DNA from: Bacillales bacterium
GTDB lineage: Bacteria > Bacillota > Bacilli > Bacillales > DASSOY01
Length of the DNA stretch: 64,000 bases
Direction of reading: 5' to 3'
Assembly: GCA_035700025.1 (NCBI GenBank)
Contig: DASSOY010000028.1
Location: 3,606 to 67,605 of the forward strand
The stretch's first letter is position 1. Each line of letters starts with the position of its first letter. Below are positions 9,856 through 19,753 of this stretch, in pieces. The position numbers and the translations under genes are program-made. The notes below the pieces were generated by a model that did no database searches, was not told the DNA's origin, and saw only the letters and a list, made by a program, of their open reading frames with translations.

Positions 9856-10483
9856 GGAACAACTGCCCTTCCGCCATTCGCAATCTTACATCACAAAGCG
9901 GTGCGATATCTTCTTGATGATGGCTGGCGATCAAAAGGGTTGCGCCGCGCTCCTTTTCTTCCATAAAGACTTGATGAACGAGCGAGATGCCGTTTTCGTC
10001 GATCGCATTCGTCGGTTCGTCAAGCAACAAAAGATCGGGTTTTTCGAAGATCGCCTGTGCGATGTTCAATCTTTGCTTCATCCCTAACGAAAATTTCTTC
10101 ACTTTTAATTTGGAGTAAGGATCCAGTCCGACTCTTTCAATGGCTTGAATGATATCCTCAGTGGAAGCAGTTTTATTGATCTTCGATAAGATGCGCAAAT
10201 TCGTAAACGCATCATATTGCGGAAGCAGCTCCATATGTTCGATGATCACCCCTGCATTCGGCGGAAACGACACGTCTTTATGCAGTTGTTTCCCGTTAAT
10301 GAAGATTTCTCCTTCCGTAGGAACCATAAGTCCCGCCAGCGCACGAAGCAGCATCGTTTTTCCGGAACCGTTTCGCCCGAAAATCCCGTAGATCGTCCCG
10401 CTTTCGAAGGTTTCGGAAATGTTGCGTAATATGGGCTTCCGTTTCAATTGCTTGCTGACGTCTCTCATTTCGATCATTTTCAC
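9848..10483 (-). CDS. ABC transporter ATP-binding protein (ABC-2 / immunity-type ATPase)
   Basis: Walker A GRNGSGKT, Q-loop LLPQ, signature FSLGMKQR, Walker B LLLLDEP, H-loop IASHH. 211 aa, with no fused TMD. Confidence 0.9.
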   Translation of the reverse strand: MKMIEMRDVSKQLKRKPILRNISETFESGTIYGIFGRNGSGKTMLLRALAGLMVPTEGEIFINGKQLHKDVSFPPNAGVIIEHMELLPQYDAFTNLRILSKINKTASTEDIIQAIERVGLDPYSKLKVKKFSLGMKQRLNIAQAIFEKPDLLLLDEPTNAIDENGISLVHQVFMEEKERGATLLIASHHQEDIAPLCDVRLRMAEGQLFHE

Positions 10484-10492
10484 TCGTCCCCC

Positions 10493-11212
10493 TCAGTAAA
10501 TATCCATTCTTTTAATTCTGTAAACCATCGCCATCAAGATGCCAGCTTGCAAGACAATCAAGATCGTGAAACCGACGGCCGGATCGATGACTTCTGTACG
10601 CCATACAGGAAATCGACTGATTCCCGTGCGGAAACCCATTGCGTAATTCGGCAAGAACAAATAACAAATGGTGTTCGGCGCATCGGCAAAGATGAGCCGT
10701 TGGGCAATTAGAACAGACAAAATGATATAAAAATTCGTGAGGAACGGGGCAATCCTCGATGAAACATACAATTCCAACAAGATTTGAGCACCGAACACGG
10801 TCAGCAGTGTAAAAAAATACATCCCGAGTTGACCTGCCGATTGGGCTGAAAGCGGCGTTCCCGGCTCTTGAAAGGTGAGAAACCCTTGCATCACCACAAA
10901 AACAGCCAAAATGACGATGAACTTCAAATACCTTTGAACCGCCCATTTCGATTTGCTGAACTTTCGCACGATCAGGACTTTTCCGTAGCTTTGGAGCCTG
11001 TCACTTAAAAAGCCGGAGAAATACAAGCTCATGCCTGCAACCGGCAAAAACCAATACATCAACAGCTGCGACACGATCGGAAAAGAAGCGGCGATCGGAA
11101 CGCCGTCCAAAAAAGACAAATGCGGGCCGAAACTGCCGAAACGACGCATCAACAGGGCTTGCAGAACGATCGTCACCAAAACAAACAACCCGACTTTCGC
11201 GTTCCGTCTCAT
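10493..11212 (-). CDS. Polytopic membrane protein 3 of the ABC operon (putative ABC-2-type permease)
   Basis: Start set at ATG 11212 (MRRNAKVGLFVLV), which forms an ATGA overlap with the upstream stop and follows a GGAAGGA RBS. About 6 hydrophobic segments. Confidence 0.75.
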   Translation of the reverse strand: MRRNAKVGLFVLVTIVLQALLMRRFGSFGPHLSFLDGVPIAASFPIVSQLLMYWFLPVAGMSLYFSGFLSDRLQSYGKVLIVRKFSKSKWAVQRYLKFIVILAVFVVMQGFLTFQEPGTPLSAQSAGQLGMYFFTLLTVFGAQILLELYVSSRIAPFLTNFYIILSVLIAQRLIFADAPNTICYLFLPNYAMGFRTGISRFPVWRTEVIDPAVGFTILIVLQAGILMAMVYRIKRMDIY

Positions 11213-11922
11213 GATGTAAAATCCTTCCGCAACAAAACGACTGAACCCATGAAACAAAACCCGAGACCGAGGCTGAGTTGCCTGACATAAGTCAACAGAA
11301 CGTCAATCCCCGTCCATTTCCGCTCTATTAAAAATTGGAAGAGGACCATGTCGTTCAACGGCTGCCATAGCGTTTCCGGAGACAAATAAAGCTTTCCGAC
11401 GAAATAGACCGCTCCTAGCAAGAATGCGGTAAAAAGCATGGCCGCACCGACGGAATGGCTGAGATCATGAACGAGTCTATACAAGAGGCCGACCCAGAAG
11501 AAATAACAAACGAGACCGACCATGTTCGCCAATGCAATAGATAGAAAACGACTCTCGTTTAAAGCCTGCCCGTCCAAGAAAACATAGCTCCATCCGACAT
11601 TGACGGACAGATGGCAAATAGAAAACAAGACAGATGCCGCCAAAATCCTCAAAACTACAGCCCGGTATAAAGTCATTCTAGAGCGTCGTCTGATGATCGT
11701 GTAAGGGCGCTCTCCAAGAAATAAATGATTGATGAACAGAAAGAACGGAATAGGATAAAACAAAGCCAGCGACCGAATCGAGTTGAAACCGTGTGCCGTA
11801 TTATTCATCCAATACAACGCTTTCGGAACTGGCAATGACAAATACTTGCCGTTCTGCTGCAGCCAAAGCATCGTAAGATAAGCCAAAATTCCGGCAACCG
11901 CCATGACCTTGTTAGTTTTCAT
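11209..11922 (-). CDS. Polytopic membrane protein 2 of the ABC operon
   Basis: Start set at ATG 11922 (MKTNKVMAVAGILAYL), overlapping the upstream stop region by 11 nt. About 6 hydrophobic segments. Confidence 0.72.
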   Translation of the reverse strand: MKTNKVMAVAGILAYLTMLWLQQNGKYLSLPVPKALYWMNNTAHGFNSIRSLALFYPIPFFLFINHLFLGERPYTIIRRRSRMTLYRAVVLRILAASVLFSICHLSVNVGWSYVFLDGQALNESRFLSIALANMVGLVCYFFWVGLLYRLVHDLSHSVGAAMLFTAFLLGAVYFVGKLYLSPETLWQPLNDMVLFQFLIERKWTGIDVLLTYVRQLSLGLGFCFMGSVVLLRKDFTS

Positions 11923-12682
11923 GAAACTTCCACTCGTAAATAAAAGTAAAAACCGCAACAACGATGAACACGGTCAACGAAAAGAGGAAGGTGGGAACAA
12001 GGACGTCGAATCCGTACTCGGCAAACGGTTGAAAGACGAGCATCAACGAAGGGTCCCGCAAAACGAGCAGGAACCAAATAAAAAAGGCCGCCGTATAGGC
12101 AAATTTCCGGTCGGCGAAAAACAAGCTCACCGAAGCCCCGAGCATTCCGGCGCATCCCGCCAACAAGCTGGCCGCGAGCGAAAACAGGAGGACCGTCAAA
12201 TACGGGTGAGCGATACTTAAAGAGAAAAGTGAACGATCCGGCATCTTGATTTCCTCCAGCCCGTGCATCGACGTTCCGTTCGCAAAAAACAAGAAACACA
12301 ACGCGAAGTTCACAAAAAGGGCGGTGAACAAAACAGCAAATGAAACAACAAATGAGGTCATTAATTTTTCCAAAACGTAGTTTTTTCGTCCCGCTTTGCT
12401 GATAAGAAGGTTCCGATAACCGGTCTTTTTGTCTTGAATTGCATCCTCGGCTCCTATGAGCAAGCTGTAAAACGGCAAAAACCAAAGCAGCAAAATTTGC
12501 GCAGTATGACCAATGGTCGAGCCCGACAGGAAAAAAGCAGATGCCGGATGAAGCTCGACGCCGAATCGCAGTTTCTCACGCAGCAATTGAGCAAAATCAA
12601 CCAAAGGAAGCAACAAAACGAAGAGAAACATGTAACGACTTAATTTGTTATGCAGCAATCGTTCCAAATGACTTCGAACCAT
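11912..12682 (-). CDS. Polytopic membrane protein 1 of the ABC operon
   Basis: 256 aa. Strong RBS GGGGAAGGAG 7 nt before ATG 12682. Multiple hydrophobic segments (YMFLFVLLLPLV, ILLLWFLPFYSLLIG, FVVSFAVLFTALFVNFALCFLFF ...). Confidence 0.75.
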   Translation of the reverse strand: MVRSHLERLLHNKLSRYMFLFVLLLPLVDFAQLLREKLRFGVELHPASAFFLSGSTIGHTAQILLLWFLPFYSLLIGAEDAIQDKKTGYRNLLISKAGRKNYVLEKLMTSFVVSFAVLFTALFVNFALCFLFFANGTSMHGLEEIKMPDRSLFSLSIAHPYLTVLLFSLAASLLAGCAGMLGASVSLFFADRKFAYTAAFFIWFLLVLRDPSLMLVFQPFAEYGFDVLVPTFLFSLTVFIVVAVFTFIYEWKFHEN

Positions 12683-12793
12683 GAAACGTTCTCCTTCCCC
12701 TTTTTTTCTTTGAAAAGCGCACGGGATCCCCGCAAGCTTCTACTCTTTGGATAGGGAAATCAGGAAAAAAGTTTCAATAAAATAAGAGACCGC

Positions 12794-13396
12794 TTATAGC
12801 TCCGAGTTGAAAACGATGATGAAATTTGTAATGGGAAAAAGAGGAGAATGAAAAGAACCTCCAGCTATTGCTGGAGATTGGATATAAGTGAAGTTGATCT
12901 TTGAAATTTTTAAAAACAAATCGTTTTCTTTATAAGCCCACTCGATCATTTGAAAAGAACCGTTGTCGATAAACTCGGCAGTCGTCCCATCCTTTAATGT
13001 AATCCTTTCTTGATGAATATAGTCTTCTTTGTTAGAGCCATTAAGTTTTTTTGGAATCCCGCTCAAGACTGTAACTTGACCCATCACATGGTTCACTTGA
13101 AAAGGGAGTTTAGTCGGCATTTTCATTTTGTCTTTTAACTTATCTGGAATTTTCCCCAAAGCTTCATTTAATGGGATAAAACCCGGAAGTTTTTTAACGC
13201 CGCTCGTTTTCTTTTCTCCCTGTTGCTGTTTTTCTTCTGGTATATCTTTGGCCGGATTATGTGGATGACTTTGGAATACTTCTTCAGGTGCATCATTATA
13301 TACGTCTTTCAGATCAATCCCAGCAATTTTATAACCAACAACTACACCGATCAAAGTGATAACAATCGTCGGAACGAGAATTCATTTCCAAGACAT
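12794..13396 (-). pseudogene. Membrane-anchored protein gene with an in-frame TGA at codon 5 (possible pseudogene, or a truncated TTG-start product from 13354)
   Basis: GAAAGGGTGA RBS, then ATG 13396: M S W K TGA(13384-13382) I L V P T I V I T L I G V V V G Y K..., in the same frame as track ORF 12794..13354. The TM helix is cut if translation starts at TTG 13354. Confidence 0.5.
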
Positions 13397-13409
13397 CTAA
13401 TCACCCTTT

Positions 13410-13972
13410 CTAGTAATATAGTTGGAAGTCAGAAAACATTTGATACTTTGTGGCTGTCTTGTAATATGCCGATATACCGTAACTGCCCATAATTTGTAAC
13501 AAAGAAGTTGGTGACCCGTCACTGTTGTCCAGTGCCCAGACATTTAAATCAATATAAATATAAGGATCGTCCCTTAATTCAACGCCGTTATAATCACCTG
13601 TCCAAAAAACATCCTGGCTATTTGCGTTGTCACTTATCCATTGATACATCCAGTATGGGCGACCTGTATCGATGTAATAAGCATCCCAAACCTGATAATC
13701 AAATTTCGCCCAGTATGCATCGCTATTGTATCCCTATGGGTATGCTCTACTGGAAGTTCCATTGATTGTAGTTGTAGTCGGTTGCATACAAGTAATCCTT
13801 GACACATCGTATAGGTACCTGGATCGTAAAGTCTGTAGGTATTTCTTTCGGTTTCTACACTTGCCGGTACACTTTCTCCATTAAACCCGCCAATAACTGT
13901 AAATCCTGCAACGAAACCCAAGACAAGAACAAACGCTAACGCTTTTTGACTACTTAAAAAAACCTTTAACAT
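13410..13972 (-). pseudogene. Disrupted gene for a secreted Tyr/Trp/Asn/Asp-rich protein (at least 2 frameshifts and 1 stop)
   Basis: Signal-peptide ORF 13634..13972 (MLKVFLSSQKALAFVLVLGFVAGF...). Plausible sequence continues in other frames: (C)VKDYLYATDYNYNQWNFQ-stop, then ...AYP-stop-GYNSDAYWAKFDYQVWDAYYIDTGRPYWMYQWISDN... = ORF 13410..13649. Confidence 0.6.
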
Positions 13973-14111
13973 TTAGTAAACCTTCTTCTAAATCTTGCAA
14001 TCGTCAGGTACTACAATGCTTGTTACCTCTTTCTTCAACGAATTTCGATTACATTTTAATCATAAACCGATATCTTGGAGGTGGGGAGGGTGCTTTTTTT
14101 ACCCCTACTTT

Positions 14112-14354
14112 TTACAAAATTCCCAATTTTCTTGCCTTAAGTGCAGCATCAACAAGGCTTTCTTCAATCATTTTCCGACGAATTTTTCGAATGTCGCTTT
14201 TTACCGTATTCTTAGATTTATACAATTTTTCCGCTATTTCGATCAGGTATACCTCATATGAACCAAACGGATATTTCCTTTCACATCGTATACACCCCGT
14301 CGAGAAACTGTACTTACTACTATGATATTCATTATTCCTTTTTATGGCAACCAT
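14112..14354 (-). CDS. Small GerE/LuxR-type helix-turn-helix protein, or a remnant of a larger regulator
   Basis: 80 aa. C-terminal half EVYLIEIAEKLYKSKNTVKSDIRKIRRKM...LVDAALKARKLGIL resembles the LuxR/GerE HTH (IA..L.S..TVK.H...I..K + ...A...A.K.GI). No recognisable RBS before ATG 14354. Confidence 0.4.
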   Translation of the reverse strand: MVAIKRNNEYHSSKYSFSTGCIRCERKYPFGSYEVYLIEIAEKLYKSKNTVKSDIRKIRRKMIEESLVDAALKARKLGIL

Positions 14355-14452
14355 TAATTGGCTGTATTTTCAACAAACTGAAAAATGAGTATTTTATGCT
14401 AGGTTAGAATCCTGATATAAGGTAAGACAGGTGGGCAGCAAAACTTAGTGGC

Positions 14453-14486
14453 AAAAAAATAGAGTGGAGATTAAAATCTCCACTCT
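14453..14486 (-). terminator. Rho-independent terminator of purA
   Basis: Minus strand: AGAGTGGAGAT-TTTA-ATCTCCACTCT followed by ATTTTTTTG, 8 nt after the purA stop. Confidence 0.8.
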
Positions 14487-14494
14487 GATGTCTA

Positions 14495-15887
<1,393 letters not shown>

Positions 15888-15894
15888 TCCAAGA

Positions 15895-15932
15895 TCAATA
15901 AAAACCTCTTATCCATAACAGGACAAGAGGTT
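15895..15932 (-). terminator. Probable terminator of dnaB
   Basis: Minus strand: AACCTCTT-(14-nt loop)-AAGAGGTT followed by TTTATTGATC, directly after the stop at 15935. Confidence 0.6.
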
Positions 15933-15934
15933 CA

Positions 15935-17296
15935 TCAAGCCGGCGGCGCACTTTGTTCCCGGTGCGCCCGGTCCAAATTCACAAATTTGTTGTATTCTTT
16001 AATAAATGCGAGTTCCACGGTTCCGACAGGTCCGTTCCGTTGCTTCGCAATGATGATTTCGATCATGTTCTGATCTTCCGACTCTTTGTCGTAATAGTCG
16101 TCGCGGTACAGGAACGCTACGATATCAGCGTCCTGCTCGATGCTGCCCGATTCCCGGATGTCGGACATGATCGGCCGTTTGTCTTGCCGCGATTCCACGC
16201 CGCGGGAAAGCTGACTAAGCGCGATTACCGGCACTTCCAACTCCCTGGCGAGCCCTTTCAGCGTACGCGAAATTTCCGACACTTCTTGCTGGCGGTTGTC
16301 CCGCGAACGGCCGCTTCCTTGAATGAGTTGCAAGTAGTCGATCAAGACGACACCGAGCCCTTGCTCCTGCTTCAAGCGCCGGCACTTGGCGCGAATTTCG
16401 CTCACGCGAATGCCGGGTGTGTCATCGATGTAGATGCCGGCTGAAGAAAGGCTCCCCATCGCCATCGTCAGTTTCTGCCAATCATCATCCGTCAGGCGCC
16501 CCGTCCGGAGCCGCTGCGCGTCGATGTTGCCTTCCGCGCACAACATCCGCATGACGAGCTGCTGCGCCCCCATCTCCAGGCTGAAGATCGCGACGTTCTC
16601 TTCCGTCTGCGTTGCAATGCTTTGCGCCATGTTGAGCGCAAACGCTGTTTTCCCGACCGACGGTCTCGCCGCAACGATAATGAAGTCGTTGCGTTGAAAG
16701 CCAGCCGTCATCCGGTCGAGTTCGACGAACCCGCTCGGAATGCCGGTCACCTCGCCTTTGCGGTTTTGCAGCATTTCGATGTTGTCGTACGTCTCCACGA
16801 GCACGTCCTTGATCGCCTTAAACGCGCTCGAATTCCGGCGTTGCGACACTTCGAGAATCGATTTCTCGGCATCGTCGAGAATCGTCTCCACTTCTTCCTC
16901 GCGCATATAGCCTTCCGATACGATGTCGGTCGCCGTCCGAATCAACCGCCGCAATAACGACTTTTCTTCGACGATGCGGCTGTAATATTCGATGTTCGCG
17001 GCAGTCGGCGCCGAGTCCGCAAGCTCGCTCAAGTAGGAGACACCGCCGACTTCTTCGAGCAACCGTTTGTCCTTCAATTCTGAAGTGACCGTGATCAAGT
17101 CAACCGGTTCATTCTTGTCGGTCAGCTCCAGCATGACGTCGAAGATGCGCTGATGAGCCGTCCGATAAAAGTCTTCAGGCATCAGCCGTTCCGACGCCAG
17201 GCTGATCGCTTCCGGTCTGAGGAAGATCGCGCCAAGCACCGCCTGTTCCGCCTCAATGTTTTGCGGCGGCGTACGATCGGCAAACAAATCAGTCAT
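15935..17296 (-). CDS. dnaB: Replicative DNA helicase (DnaB family; called DnaC in B. subtilis)
   Basis: 453 aa. PPQNIEAEQAVLGAIF N-terminal motif, Walker A ARPSVGKTAF, and the conserved rplI-dnaB arrangement. Confidence 0.96.
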   Translation of the reverse strand: MTDLFADRTPPQNIEAEQAVLGAIFLRPEAISLASERLMPEDFYRTAHQRIFDVMLELTDKNEPVDLITVTSELKDKRLLEEVGGVSYLSELADSAPTAANIEYYSRIVEEKSLLRRLIRTATDIVSEGYMREEEVETILDDAEKSILEVSQRRNSSAFKAIKDVLVETYDNIEMLQNRKGEVTGIPSGFVELDRMTAGFQRNDFIIVAARPSVGKTAFALNMAQSIATQTEENVAIFSLEMGAQQLVMRMLCAEGNIDAQRLRTGRLTDDDWQKLTMAMGSLSSAGIYIDDTPGIRVSEIRAKCRRLKQEQGLGVVLIDYLQLIQGSGRSRDNRQQEVSEISRTLKGLARELEVPVIALSQLSRGVESRQDKRPIMSDIRESGSIEQDADIVAFLYRDDYYDKESEDQNMIEIIIAKQRNGPVGTVELAFIKEYNKFVNLDRAHREQSAPPA

Positions 17297-17313
17297 TCGT
17301 GGACACGCTCCTT

Positions 17314-17760
17314 CTAGTTCCCGTCGACGACATGAACGTTTACGACGGCCGTCACTTCCGGATGCAGCTTCACCGGCACCTTTGTATATCCAAGTGTACG
17401 AATCGGCTCATCCAATTCAATCTTCCGCTTGTCGATTTGAATACCTTGTTTCTTCAGTTCTTGGCTGATCTGCTTATTCGTCACCGCCCCGAACAACCGG
17501 CCGCCTTCGCCGGATTTCGCCGTAAGCTGGACCGTCAAGCTTTCGATGTTCCCCTTCAGCCGTTCGGCTTCCGCACGCTCCGCTTCTTCCCGCTTGCGCT
17601 GCTTTTTCTTGTCCGCTTCCAACGCGTTCAAATTGCCTTTCGTCGCTTCCTTGGCAAGACCGTTCGGCAAAAGGTAATTCCTGGCGTATCCGTCCGAAAC
17701 ATTCTTCACTTCGCCCTTTTTTCCTTTTCCCTTCACGTCTTTCAACAAAATCACTTTCAT
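17314..17760 (-). CDS. rplI: 50S ribosomal protein L9
   Basis: [30 protein letters not shown]...; ATGA overlap with the gdpP stop. Confidence 0.95.
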   Translation of the reverse strand: MKVILLKDVKGKGKKGEVKNVSDGYARNYLLPNGLAKEATKGNLNALEADKKKQRKREEAERAEAERLKGNIESLTVQLTAKSGEGGRLFGAVTNKQISQELKKQGIQIDKRKIELDEPIRTLGYTKVPVKLHPEVTAVVNVHVVDGN

Positions 17761-19730
17761 GACTCGTCTCCCCCTTCGAGCGTTTCGTCAATGATCGCTT
17801 TCAGCTGGTTCACGGCCTCATCCAAATCGTCGCCTTCAAGCTGCGCCGCGGCATTCGTCAAATGGCCTCCGCCGCCGAGCGCTTCCATGATCATCTGCAC
17901 ATTCATGTCGCCGAGCGAACGCGCGCTGATGCCGATTTTGCCGTCTTCGCGCCGACAAAGCACGAACGACGCGTTCACCCCTCTCATCGACAACAACGTG
18001 TCGGCAGCTTGCGCAATCAACACTTGATCCAACCGCTGATCGTCACTCGCTTTCGCGATGGCGAACCCTTCGCGGTACAACTCCGCGCTTTCAAGCAGTT
18101 TTGCGCGTTGGAGAAACGCTTTCAAATCATCGCGGAGTAATTTTTGCACGAGAATCGTATCCGCTCCGCGGCCCCGCAAATAAGAGGCAGCATCAAACGT
18201 TCTCGATCCAGTGCGAAGCGTGAAACTCTTCGTATCGACAGTGATGCCGGCCAGCAATGCGGTGGCTTCAAGGACGTTCATCCGCAGCCGGCTCGGTTGA
18301 TATTCGAGCAGCTCGGTCACGAGTTCCGAGGTCGAGGACGCATAAGGTTCCATGTACACAAGAACAGGATCTTCGATAAAATCTTCTCCACGCCGGTGAT
18401 GGTCGATAACGACGACATTTTCCGTTTTGTTGAGCAGGCGCGGCTCAATGACCATCGACGGGCGGTGGGTATCGACGACTACGAGCAAACTGTTCGGCGT
18501 CGCCGCTTCAAGGACGGCATCGATCGAAAAGAAGCGCGACCAGAGCGAACCGTCTTTTTTGATTTCCGTTAATAGACGCTCAATGCCGGTACCATGCCCT
18601 TGTTTGTCGAGGACGATGACGCCTTCCTTGTCGTTCGCTTCGGCGATTTTTAAAATCCCGATGCATGCTCCGATCGCATCCATGTCCGGATGTTGGTGTC
18701 CCATGATGATCACTTTGTCACTCGCGAGGACAAGTTCCCGCAGCGCGTGGGAAATGACGCGCGCACGCACGCGCGTCCGCTTTTCGATCGGATTCGTTTT
18801 CCCGCCGTGAAAAATCACCTTGCCGTCCGTCCGTTTAATGGCAACTTGGTCGCCGCCGCGGCCAAGCGCAAGATCAAGCCCCGATTGGGCAAGGACGCCG
18901 AGTTCCGGCAAAGTTGCATTTCCGGCGCCGATCCCGATGCTCAACGTCAACGGCACATTTTCCCTGGCTGTCGATTCGCGGACTTTGTCGAGCACGCTGA
19001 ATTTGTTTTTTTCCAAACTTTCGAGCGCCCGTTGATTCAGGACGGCAAAAAAACGCTCCGAGTCGATGCGCTTTAAGAAAATGCCGGTTTCGGTCGCCCA
19101 ATTTTTCAAAATCGAAGTGACTTCGCTGTTGAAATGGCTGCGAACTTGGTCGTCCATCCCTTGCGTCAGTTCCTCGTAGTTATCCAAGTAAATAATGCCG
19201 AGCACCGTTTGTTCCTCGTGGTACACTTGCTTCAACTGCACCAATTCGGTAACATCGAAAAAATACAGCAACCGTTCGTCGCGATTGAAATAAACGCGAA
19301 ATTTCCTTTTGTTGATCGTTAAGATCTCTTGTTCGACTTCGTTTTGCAAGCAAGGAATAAGATCTTCGGAAATGTGGTTCAAAGAATTGCCAAAGAAAGA
19401 TTCATCCCCGAGCAAGGTTCCAATGTATGCGTTCATCCATTCGATCTGGTAATGTTCATTATACAGTAAAATCCCGATTGGCATTTCTGTCAGAGCCTCG
19501 TCGCCGAGTTTTTTCACCCGGTGGGAAAGCGTCGAAACATACGACTCCAATTCTTTCCGGTGACGAAGCTGTTCCCGAACCGCCAAGAAAAGCAAAACGG
19601 CCAGAGTGACGAGGCCAACGGCACCCATCGGCCAATTATACGCAAATAAAATTAGGACGCACAACAACGCAATAAGAAAGACACCGCCGAAAATGTACTC
19701 GAAGAGACGGTTTTTCAGTTGATCCGGCAT
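17757..19730 (-). CDS. gdpP: Cyclic-di-AMP phosphodiesterase GdpP (YybT): 2 TM, PAS-like, degenerate GGDEF, DHH/DHHA1
   Basis: 657 aa. DHH motif ([23 protein letters not shown]), a GGGH motif near the C-terminus, and the position upstream of rplI. Confidence 0.92.
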   Translation of the reverse strand: MPDQLKNRLFEYIFGGVFLIALLCVLILFAYNWPMGAVGLVTLAVLLFLAVREQLRHRKELESYVSTLSHRVKKLGDEALTEMPIGILLYNEHYQIEWMNAYIGTLLGDESFFGNSLNHISEDLIPCLQNEVEQEILTINKRKFRVYFNRDERLLYFFDVTELVQLKQVYHEEQTVLGIIYLDNYEELTQGMDDQVRSHFNSEVTSILKNWATETGIFLKRIDSERFFAVLNQRALESLEKNKFSVLDKVRESTARENVPLTLSIGIGAGNATLPELGVLAQSGLDLALGRGGDQVAIKRTDGKVIFHGGKTNPIEKRTRVRARVISHALRELVLASDKVIIMGHQHPDMDAIGACIGILKIAEANDKEGVIVLDKQGHGTGIERLLTEIKKDGSLWSRFFSIDAVLEAATPNSLLVVVDTHRPSMVIEPRLLNKTENVVVIDHHRRGEDFIEDPVLVYMEPYASSTSELVTELLEYQPSRLRMNVLEATALLAGITVDTKSFTLRTGSRTFDAASYLRGRGADTILVQKLLRDDLKAFLQRAKLLESAELYREGFAIAKASDDQRLDQVLIAQAADTLLSMRGVNASFVLCRREDGKIGISARSLGDMNVQMIMEALGGGGHLTNAAAQLEGDDLDEAVNQLKAIIDETLEGGDES

Positions 19731-19753
19731 ACGTTAAGCCTCCATTTCGGGCA

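Noticed and set aside
9075-14494. The accessory block as a mobile element, prophage or ICE
   Set aside because: No integrase, transposase, recombinase or phage genes, flanking direct or inverted repeats, or tRNA attachment site are visible. Only the compositional shift and the gene decay are reported, as a finding.
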